A stretch of DNA of 64,000 nucleotides from a virus. Below, piece after piece: positions 57,401 to 64,000 of this stretch; the first letter of the stretch is position 1, and each line of letters opens with the position of its first letter. The DNA is taken from positions 14,729 to 78,728 of IMG/VR virus record IMGVR_UViG_3300042503_000110. One strand, given 5' to 3'. The notes beneath the pieces are model-generated. The model had not been told where the DNA came from and did not search any database. It worked only from the letters and a program-made list of their open reading frames with translations. A program made the position numbers and the translations under genes.

Positions 57401-60344
57401 CAACGTAGTAAAGAAGATTAAGCCAGAGTTCTATGAACAGCGTAACTTTATCCTAGAAGGGATAGAGAACATCCACTCTAAGTATAGAACTGATATGGAC
57501 AGTAAAGAGGCCATAGGTGACTTATATCGTGAACTATTTACTCTTTTAAAGGCATATAAAAATAGAGACGGTGAGTACGAAGGTTCTAAAGTTCCTACAG
57601 AGTTGGTTGAATACTTGACTGAAGACGGAGAACTTATTAGAGTTAGTGTCTCTACTCGTGTAAAAGACATCGAGAATAGAATTGACGCTATCCGCGACGA
57701 GATGACCCGTGGTGTTCGTATGTCTAAAGAAGACAAGGACAACTTGATAGCTTTGTTTAACCAGCTTGGAGAAATCCAGGAAAGAACTAGCACCGAAGAC
57801 TACAAAAGAATAGTTAAAATTGAGCAGGCAAAGGCACGTACAGCTGCTATTGCTGAGTTAGGAGACAAAGCTGCTAACATGACTAATGCTCAGATAAACA
57901 GAAAGATTCTTCAAACTTACTACAAGTCTGAGTGGTACAAACAAAACCACAGAGACTTCAAAGCGACTGGAGAAGGTAATCCTTTATTTCATTGGAGAGT
58001 TACCTTACCTACTAATCCTGCGTTTATCTCTGAGGAAGAACCTTCTTTCCGTTGGACTACCATCGAAGTAAATGATACAGTAGATCTCAACACAGGACAA
58101 CCACTTTACATCAACAAGGCTGTAAGAAACTTTAGATACAGTAAGCGAGTTCCTTTGAAGCGTACAAGTAGTTTTAGAAACAACGATTACTCCAAGTTAG
58201 ATGCTACTGAACGCCAAATTATTGGGGAAGTAGTTGCTCAATTAGGACAACTTGAAGACGGCTTGCCTGTAAAACTTAAGTTAGGAACTGAACTCCCTGC
58301 TTACATGAAGACTGGACTTGAAAGTCTTAATGGAAGAGTAGGTAATCTTAAAGACCAAATCAAAGGGGTTGCTTCTAACTTATGGGATAGAGCTACAGGT
58401 AAAGATCAGGAAGACCCTACAGATAACGTAAGTCTTTTAGATAAACTAAGTGGGAACAAATCTGAACTTAATAAGTACAGCGATAGAATCCATTTAAAAT
58501 ATGTGAGTCCTATTGAGCCAGAAAAGATGAGCATTAACTTCTTTGAGTCAATCACTCAATATGGAGCGGATGCTTTACGATTCAAAAACTTGTATTCAAA
58601 TATGGCTTACATTTTTGGTACAAGAGATTTAGTCAATAAGAATCTAGGCGGAACTACTACGGCCAACGTAGTTAACAACTTAATTGAACGTAAGATCAAC
58701 GGTAAATCCCGCGTATCTCTTACAGGAAACCCTATCTTAAATGCTATAGGATACGTAAGTGATAAAGCTATTGTAGGACTAACCGCTAAAGCAACTCTTT
58801 CTGTTAACTTACCTTCAGCTATTAAGAACTTCTTGGCAGGTAGTTACAACATATACACCCAAGCAGGTCGTTTCGGATTAAACCAAAAAGACATTGCAGT
58901 AGGTAAAGGAGTTGCAGCAACTCACCTAAAAGATTTTTACAGAGCAAGTATAGAAGATGGTGTATCAACTCCTTATATTCAGAAGGTAAGATACTTTAAT
59001 ATTATGCCAGACGATCACTTGAATGAAGTCGGCAAAAATATGTACCGCACTAGTCTAGATAAGACCGATAACTACAACTTATTTAAGATGTACGGCTTTA
59101 CTAGACAGGCTTTAGAATTTGAGATGCGGGTTGGTGTAGCTGAGGCTTTGTCTAAGCAGCACTTAATCGAGCTAAACAACGGACAGTTTGTGCCTATAAT
59201 GGACGCATACGAAACCAATAGTGGACTACTAGTTCCCCGTGCAGACATCAAAGATTTAGCAGGATTCTCTAATCAGGAAAGTTACTTTAAAGGTAGATTA
59301 AACTTAATCAACAGTTTGATTCACGGTGCTTATGGTGCTATGGACAAGGCTGAATATCAACGTTACGCTATTGGTCGTTTTATAATGATGATGCGTAACT
59401 GGTTTGGGTATCAGTGGTTGAGTAGATTTGGTTCACGCAGAATGTCCATCAGAGCAGGTATGGAATTTGAAGGTATGTACAGAACTATGTGGAACGTAGT
59501 AGGGTACAAAGGCAAGTTCTGGCAGCTCATGAGTTATTCTGCTACTTCAGACCTCTTAAGTAATAACGAGAAAGAAAACCTTAAAGGTGTTCTTCTTGAT
59601 ACTATGGGTATGTCGGTGATTATGGGTCTTAGTTACCTTGTCAGTCAAGCTGTTTACTCAGATGACGATGATGATGTAGATAATGCAATGGCTTATTTAG
59701 CATTGTACAACCTTCTTTACTTAGAGGACGAATTAAATACTCTCCACCCTATCTTTGGTCCAGCGGCTATTGGTTATGCGCGTATCGAGAATAAGGTAAG
59801 CGGGGACAACTTTGCTACTTATTACTTTAAGAAATACTTCACAGAACCTTTCCGCGTAACTCAAGATATTACCAGAGCAATGATAGAGTATTCTCCGATG
59901 GGAGATTTGGGAATGTTCGATGAGTATGTACCTTTAAGTAAGAACGGTAAGGTAATGAACCCTAATCGTTATAAGCCAGATCCTTTCTTACAAGGTATGC
60001 CTGACGTATTAGCTCGTACTCTTAAACTATTTGCGTTAGATAAATCAGTAAACTACGTAACAGGAAACCAAGAGTTTATGTACCGTAAGTATGATTACTT
60101 AAATCCTAAGTACTTTACTGAGTCTTACGAAAAAGAATTAAGACAGGCTAAAAGAGGACAGCGTTCTAACAAACTTGAGATAAAAGCAATCAAAGAAGAA
60201 ATAAACATTATTGAAGATCCAGATACCAAGGCTCTTCTTTATGAAAAAATTGATCGTCTTGAAAAAGAAATAGAAGCAGATAAAGAAAGACAAGAGATAT
60301 TACAACAAAACTATACAGACTACCAAGCTGCTGATAGGAAGTAA
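54411..60344 (+). CDS. Giant cargo protein with zincin-like domain
   Basis: HELTH (55239-55253)...YGLTNEHEFLSE; long helical body; hydrophobic segment at about 59586-59657. Confidence 0.7.
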   Translation: MPKFCIIDFNNPMTGRRHPSLIGYMLNKQGVSVDTVTELLDSAYSTITSDGTKHWGSNTRATSDFLEPRIGDFIDNFEMQVAPAVLDEIENVQRFYDSKNLNIGSDLNLIQVKDIVKDAQDYGISLEVETINPEDKPSDRIYRVFPTEISEKSNDATNTFIYSQLENYYEQVGMPNALSQVGTYVDVVNPSVVNMLKNIVNDPSTSQFEKDILNSMLAVLPQFPEISVNFTKDLMTSEFNPENIVPARYDSKTNTITFYVGPLSDIDAPQFRQLFLHELTHALFSSTLKNPQTQAEKVFASEIKRIYDYYKSKYPNAAYVGQFYGLTNEHEFLSEFFSNPEFRAILEQEAPPVYGSVFQSVLNFFKKIFGGFLANTNRTDVDYLNKLSAHLFNNILNTGINTTEVYTSEDAFNYEVTDKVYDDFLKSMSLPGQQSLDQFYAALDSLLNNPKLNWDSIYKHANATGIQTQRLNISQEALENLEVNAIIRSDLKTSFKGVMTHLTETHSFLKNLTTSIKDLEKDQALPEHELFSRAYHAKLIGQQYLDYIADFKSLMDNPSSTSPMGRTILNIEAVARELTLGFDNIAAPAIASKFAEYFWPQTEQLKKEITAEIERLTKIKETAERAGNTKKATATQKLLNAEVDRLKNLATKENLTQALKGVLINGDLGSNTLGSKLGAFIESAALSGNLVTGTLAGFVDDLYSKSGEEALVLERTMKDLATRLQNHLQAQGKVAVTSLNFADVFGKYVRKVTVKEIKNVGGVLELSDRQTYVFQTEMDEVGYLNRHAELKYEITKLDNKPNKDEADMLELERRIDELAAFEDEHLESLYTDEYHRIQGLLSEPARKARQNIIDEMRKIQINATQGDQTDEDLDRLEDLKIQLDELENPFGKTPEQQEIAYNIQEWKQARQNAELYTYRITDESRAIFNDFFDSKKAKVTEYKLALANLLGIPDPQTFPDLDTEISQRLQTTSSDRIELAKAQLKVAENDLQKFKRNNVVKKIKPEFYEQRNFILEGIENIHSKYRTDMDSKEAIGDLYRELFTLLKAYKNRDGEYEGSKVPTELVEYLTEDGELIRVSVSTRVKDIENRIDAIRDEMTRGVRMSKEDKDNLIALFNQLGEIQERTSTEDYKRIVKIEQAKARTAAIAELGDKAANMTNAQINRKILQTYYKSEWYKQNHRDFKATGEGNPLFHWRVTLPTNPAFISEEEPSFRWTTIEVNDTVDLNTGQPLYINKAVRNFRYSKRVPLKRTSSFRNNDYSKLDATERQIIGEVVAQLGQLEDGLPVKLKLGTELPAYMKTGLESLNGRVGNLKDQIKGVASNLWDRATGKDQEDPTDNVSLLDKLSGNKSELNKYSDRIHLKYVSPIEPEKMSINFFESITQYGADALRFKNLYSNMAYIFGTRDLVNKNLGGTTTANVVNNLIERKINGKSRVSLTGNPILNAIGYVSDKAIVGLTAKATLSVNLPSAIKNFLAGSYNIYTQAGRFGLNQKDIAVGKGVAATHLKDFYRASIEDGVSTPYIQKVRYFNIMPDDHLNEVGKNMYRTSLDKTDNYNLFKMYGFTRQALEFEMRVGVAEALSKQHLIELNNGQFVPIMDAYETNSGLLVPRADIKDLAGFSNQESYFKGRLNLINSLIHGAYGAMDKAEYQRYAIGRFIMMMRNWFGYQWLSRFGSRRMSIRAGMEFEGMYRTMWNVVGYKGKFWQLMSYSATSDLLSNNEKENLKGVLLDTMGMSVIMGLSYLVSQAVYSDDDDDVDNAMAYLALYNLLYLEDELNTLHPIFGPAAIGYARIENKVSGDNFATYYFKKYFTEPFRVTQDITRAMIEYSPMGDLGMFDEYVPLSKNGKVMNPNRYKPDPFLQGMPDVLARTLKLFALDKSVNYVTGNQEFMYRKYDYLNPKYFTESYEKELRQAKRGQRSNKLEIKAIKEEINIIEDPDTKALLYEKIDRLEKEIEADKERQEILQQNYTDYQAADRK

Positions 60345-60348
60345 TCTA

Positions 60349-60378
60349 TTGTTTTTATTTTATTTTAAATTATATTTG
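60349..60378 (+). promoter_or_regulatory. Bacteroidota-type promoter for the fibre/lysis operon
   Basis: TTG 60349-60351, N19, TATATTTG 60371-60378. Confidence 0.8.
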
Positions 60379-60425
60379 TATGAGCGAGTCGTAAGACTGG
60401 TTTATTAACTTAAACGTATACAATT

Positions 60426-60737
60426 ATGGCATGGGACATTTCTCAAAAATTAGACGAGCAATCTAGAAGACTAAGACAGATTGCCGCAAGTACTGGTCTT
60501 ACAGCAGGGGCTGGAGGCTTTGTACGTTACTCAACAGGAGCAGTTAACGACACCGTATTTACTGCAGTTATTCCTCAAGAAGACACAGTGTTTACTTCAT
60601 TTAAAGTAAACGGAGTAGAGCAACTTACTCTTCGTGGTATGTCAGGAGTAACTTTCAAACAAGGTGCATACCTTTCAGGTGGCGGAATTATTACAGGATT
60701 TGCTATCTCTAGCGGTAGCATAATTGCGTATAAGTAA
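60426..60737 (+). CDS. Small beta-rich virion protein
   Basis: Ends ..ISSGSIIAYK; coupled to the downstream fibre gene. Confidence 0.5.
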   Translation: MAWDISQKLDEQSRRLRQIAASTGLTAGAGGFVRYSTGAVNDTVFTAVIPQEDTVFTSFKVNGVEQLTLRGMSGVTFKQGAYLSGGGIITGFAISSGSIIAYK

Positions 60738-62089
60738 TGTATCCTGGAATTGGTATAGGAATACATAGGCAGAAGTTTGCACAACAAGGGGGATTTTTCT
60801 CTAATTATGCCCTTCGTGTATCTACTGATGGCGGTACTACGGAAGCTGGCGGATGTGTTAGTTCCGCGAGTCCGTTATTGCAAGCTGCTTCCTTATTAGT
60901 AATACCAAGTGGGTACAAAGCAGGTAAGGTTTACTCTCAAATCCCTACTAATGGTAGTGGTGATTTAATTTTTTCGAGAGAAACTAACGCTACAAGAGTC
61001 AACAGTAGTAATTTAACTACTCAAGTTTCAAATAACATACAGCGACTAGACTATTCACAAGATAGTTGTCCTGCTTTTTTGTTTGAGCCACAAAGAACTA
61101 ACTTAATAGTAAATAGTGTATTTAGTGGAGGAGGTCCTACTCCGACAAGTTGGTTAGCTAATGCAGTTAATCCAGGACCACGAGTACCAGTTCCATCTAC
61201 AAAAACAAATATTGGGGTTGCTTATGAACTAACAGCTAACTCACAAGAAACGTTTTTTCAAAGTTCTTCCATTACAATTGCTACAAATTCAAGTTATGTT
61301 TTCTCGATAGAACTTGAAAATATAATTGGAATTATTCAGTATGCTCAAATACTAGCAGTTGCTGGTCAGCCTGCAGGTTCAACCATGACTTATTATCGAA
61401 ATGGAGTCCAAGTAGGAAGTCCATTTATGGGCGCAGAGGCTGGACGAATAAGCGCTGTATTAACAACAACTACTACAGGAGGCAGTGTTGCTATGAGAGT
61501 TGGCATCGGGGCAAGTGGAGGTAATCAAACAGGTACAGTAGTAATAAGTTGTTCTCAAATAGAACAAGGTAGATATGCAACTAGTTATATTTCTACAGCT
61601 GAAGGAGCCACAACAAGAATTACTGATACACTTAGTTTAAATAACATTAGAACAAATGGATTAATTTCTGCAAGTGGAGGTACTTGGTATATAGAATTAC
61701 TAAATAACATTCCATATGTAAGAGATTCTGGAACATTCCCATTATTTATATCAACTTCATCAACAAGTGGAGCAGGTTCAAGTGGTCTTGAATTTAGAAA
61801 TAATACTGCAGATTCATTAACAAGATTGTCAATTTTAAAAAGAATTTCAGGCACAGGTACAGTACTATTTACTACTACAAGCAATATCTTAAAAGTTGCA
61901 ATTATTTGGAATGGCACAACCGCTGATGTTTTTGTTAATGGAGTAAAGGAAGTAACCGCAACTGCATTTTCAATAACTAATATGCAATTTTTAAACGTTT
62001 CTGGGGCAGACGTACCTTTATTTATCCAGGCAATGGCTTTATACCCATCTCCTTTAAGCGATGAAGATTGTATTACATTAACAACCTAA
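60737..62089 (+). CDS. Fibre/spike protein with concanavalin A (LamG)-like C-terminal domain
   Basis: IPSGYKAGKVYS..GDLIFSR..RLDYS..EPQRTNL; QIEQGRYATSYI; KVAIIW..VFVNG..LSDEDCITLT. Confidence 0.6.
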   Translation: MYPGIGIGIHRQKFAQQGGFFSNYALRVSTDGGTTEAGGCVSSASPLLQAASLLVIPSGYKAGKVYSQIPTNGSGDLIFSRETNATRVNSSNLTTQVSNNIQRLDYSQDSCPAFLFEPQRTNLIVNSVFSGGGPTPTSWLANAVNPGPRVPVPSTKTNIGVAYELTANSQETFFQSSSITIATNSSYVFSIELENIIGIIQYAQILAVAGQPAGSTMTYYRNGVQVGSPFMGAEAGRISAVLTTTTTGGSVAMRVGIGASGGNQTGTVVISCSQIEQGRYATSYISTAEGATTRITDTLSLNNIRTNGLISASGGTWYIELLNNIPYVRDSGTFPLFISTSSTSGAGSSGLEFRNNTADSLTRLSILKRISGTGTVLFTTTSNILKVAIIWNGTTADVFVNGVKEVTATAFSITNMQFLNVSGADVPLFIQAMALYPSPLSDEDCITLTT

Positions 62090-62091
62090 TC

Positions 62092-62418
62092 ATGATATTT
62101 GCTAAATATTCAATACCTGATCAAAACACTTGGAATAACTTAAAGACGTTAATTCAATCTGAAGATATTTATACAAATTGTGCAGTCGTTGAAGTAGGTA
62201 ATATTTGTCTTGAAACCGACGAAGAAGGCAACTGCGTAAGTTTAGATCCAAACTATGCAGTGGACATCATGTGGCACAAAGAAATTCCCGCAAGCTTTAA
62301 TCAGTATGAAGTGTTTCCTAATCCAGTAGGTGTGCATACATTTGCTGGTTGCGAAGATTTGTATAAGAGTAGATTTTGTCAGTTTAACCCTGAATCACCT
62401 TTTTGTAATCTAGGATAA
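62092..62418 (+). CDS. Small fibre-associated (chaperone-like) protein
   Basis: ATG 62092, 2 nt after the fibre stop; YAVDIMW..PVGVHTFAG. Confidence 0.5.
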   Translation: MIFAKYSIPDQNTWNNLKTLIQSEDIYTNCAVVEVGNICLETDEEGNCVSLDPNYAVDIMWHKEIPASFNQYEVFPNPVGVHTFAGCEDLYKSRFCQFNPESPFCNLG

Positions 62419-62828
62419 TGAAAAGTACTACAGTATTATATACAGCTACTATGTTCTCTGCTTTCTTAGGCACTTACTTCTTTAATTTAGGGGCCGATAA
62501 TGCAGAACAATACTTAGCGGTAGTTGCTGTAGTTTTCATTGATGGATTCTTTGGAGTGTGGGCAGGTACTAAATTAGAAGGTTTTAGAACATACAAAGCC
62601 CTTAGCGTGCTTAAAACTTTAATGGTGTGGGTATTTATGCTTACAGGTATTTTAATGATTGAGAAAGGCTTTGAAGGTACTTTCTGGCTGAGTGAAACAG
62701 TCTGCGCACCTTTTATCCTATTCCAGCTTATCAGTGCATTGAAGAACGCAGCTAGGGCAGGACTTATAAAAAATGAATTACTTCAGATAATTCTAAGTAA
62801 AATAGACCAACACAAAGTAAATGAATAA
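62418..62828 (+). CDS. Holin (phage holin 4_1 / TcdE-like)
   Basis: Several TM segments; IDGFFGV..., QLISALKN..G motif. Confidence 0.65.
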   Translation: MKSTTVLYTATMFSAFLGTYFFNLGADNAEQYLAVVAVVFIDGFFGVWAGTKLEGFRTYKALSVLKTLMVWVFMLTGILMIEKGFEGTFWLSETVCAPFILFQLISALKNAARAGLIKNELLQIILSKIDQHKVNE

Positions 62829-63141
62829 ACTGACCACAGCCGTAATCGGCATACTACTGCTAGTAGTGAGCTATTTGTTATGGGAACGATATATGTTTCC
62901 TGTAAGCCACGACGAAGACAAATTTATGGCTTATCTAGATTCTATGAATAAACGTAATGAACTTATGTTTAACAAACTAGATTCTTTAAGCACAGTTAAA
63001 CACGACCAGTACAGACTCTATGAACAAATCAATCTTAAATATGATACGATACAAGTGGCTATTGATACTATGCCTGACATTGATGGCACAAAACTCTTAC
63101 TCACAATCTCTAGACAGCTTACCGCTAAAGGAGTTGAATAA
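62821..63141 (+). CDS. Inner-membrane spanin-like (Rz-like) protein
   Basis: N-terminal TM followed by a helical periplasmic domain; follows the holin. Confidence 0.5.
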   Translation: MNKLTTAVIGILLLVVSYLLWERYMFPVSHDEDKFMAYLDSMNKRNELMFNKLDSLSTVKHDQYRLYEQINLKYDTIQVAIDTMPDIDGTKLLLTISRQLTAKGVE

Positions 63142-63391
63142 CGAATTTCTTAAAGGTATCAAAGCCAGAGAAAGAGTAGTTGTTTTAAAAGAGATCATCA
63201 GAGTAGACAGTCTTCAGTTAGGTATCTATAAAGACTCTATAGTTCCTAACTATGAGAGTGTAATTAAGAAGTCTAAAGAAGAGGTGACTAAGCTGAATCG
63301 TGACTTGGTTATAAAAGAATCTGAACTTAAGATTTACCGTTACGGATTTATAGGCATGACCATTCTGGCCGTACTAGGATTTATATTTTAA
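63041..63391 (+). CDS. Overlapping spanin-like protein (signal peptide, coiled coil, C-terminal TM)
   Basis: MIRYKWLLILCLTLMAQNSYS|Q; C-terminal YGFIGMTILAVLGFIF; about 100-nt out-of-frame overlap with the upstream gene. Confidence 0.5.
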   Translation: MIRYKWLLILCLTLMAQNSYSQSLDSLPLKELNNEFLKGIKARERVVVLKEIIRVDSLQLGIYKDSIVPNYESVIKKSKEEVTKLNRDLVIKESELKIYRYGFIGMTILAVLGFIF

Positions 63392-63969
63392 TGAAAAACT
63401 TTATCTTACCTTTATTCCTGTTAGTAGTTGCACCGTTGAGTGCACAAAGGGATAGTATTTTAATCAAAACTCCAATCTACTCTTGTGTATACTCAGAGGT
63501 ACTTCAACAACCTAAAAGAGTATGGTACACAGTACAATGCCCTACTGGAAGTTATCCACGAAAGGGAATGGACTTCTATATAGTAGACAGTATTAAAACT
63601 TCTGACCACAAAGACTACGAGAATAACGTATGGGACAAAGGACACTGCGCACCAGCAGCGGACTTTAATTGTACCAGAGAAACTCTTTGGCAGACATTTT
63701 CTTACTTAAACTGTATTCTCCAACACGAGAAACTTAATAGAGGTGCTTGGAGATTACTAGAGGCTTATGAAAGGGAGTTAGCTAAACAAGGTAAAGTAGA
63801 AGTAGAGATAAGAGTAATTTACGGACCAAAGGCTACTAAGTTGCCTACTGGTGCAACTATTCCAACTGCTTTTTACAAGACAATTAAGTTTGGAAACAAA
63901 AAAGAGGTGTACTACTTCCTAAATGAAGCACCTAAAACAACTGATTTCAAGCAGTTCAAAGTTCTATAA
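63391..63969 (+). CDS. Secreted DNA/RNA non-specific endonuclease (NucA/Serratia beta-beta-alpha-Me family)
   Basis: Signal LSA|QR; WDKGHCAP, TF..LN..Q...LNRGAWRLLE, IPTAFYK. Confidence 0.85.
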   Translation: MKNFILPLFLLVVAPLSAQRDSILIKTPIYSCVYSEVLQQPKRVWYTVQCPTGSYPRKGMDFYIVDSIKTSDHKDYENNVWDKGHCAPAADFNCTRETLWQTFSYLNCILQHEKLNRGAWRLLEAYERELAKQGKVEVEIRVIYGPKATKLPTGATIPTAFYKTIKFGNKKEVYYFLNEAPKTTDFKQFKVL

Positions 63970-64000
63970 GTTGTTTTATTGCAAATTATTTTTTAGTTTG

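Noticed and set aside
60387-60398. AGTC-gtaa-GACT leader hairpin as a riboswitch
   Set aside because: Only a 4-bp GNRA stem in a short leader; insufficient for a call
146-61917. Numerous minus-strand ORFs of 60-120 aa and short alternate-frame plus-strand ORFs
   Set aside because: All are shadows of long, well-formed plus-strand genes and show no recognisable motifs
1-64000. Stop-codon reassignment (TAG/TGA), known in some Crassvirales
   Set aside because: Core genes are full-length in the standard code. TAG ends genes at sensible places (6998, 39407, 45785), twice backed by an immediate TAA.
1-64000. tRNA, rRNA, CRISPR array or IS element
   Set aside because: Intergenic gaps are short and accounted for; no cloverleaf, spaced repeat array or transposase noticed
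63971-64000. Promoter at the window end (TTG-N19-TTAGTTTG)
   Set aside because: The -7 box lacks the conserved TA, and the downstream context is outside the window

Overview
The whole window is one AT-rich, densely packed, almost entirely plus-strand segment of a crAss-like (Crassvirales-type) podophage genome. The host is inferred to be Bacteroidota from TTG-N19-TAnnTTTG promoters, SD-less A/C-rich translation starts, Gln at +1 after signal peptides, and a T9SS C-terminal domain. Layout: (1) 1-7 kb, a translationally coupled accessory operon of envelope-targeted proteins (L,D-transpeptidase-like enzyme, secreted zincin, cohesin/dockerin-like T9SS cargo, membrane proteins, CsgG-like lipoprotein, beta-barrel OMP, dockerin-bearing C-type lectin). 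(2) 7-9 kb, small DNA-binding and Zn-finger genes. (3) 9-31 kb, terminase, portal, scaffold-like protein, major capsid, ring, fibre and muzzle genes. (4) 31-60 kb, capsid-internal cargo genes, including LysM-SLT and three giant ejected proteins, one of which is the single-chain virion RNA polymerase (DFDID). (5) 60-64 kb, fibre, holin, spanin-like pair and a secreted nuclease. Most interesting: a phage-encoded cohesin-dockerin/lectin/CsgG/T9SS host-surface complex; a head-to-tail terminal-cysteine pattern across the three giant cargo proteins, suggesting a covalent ejection chain; [MFYLA][QK]xGG and LYKK motifs shared by cargo proteins; and a hairpin carrying GGTTGGTTTT, complementary to the phage's own AAAACCAACC translation-initiation motif. 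All product calls come from motif recognition and synteny by eye, not from database searches.
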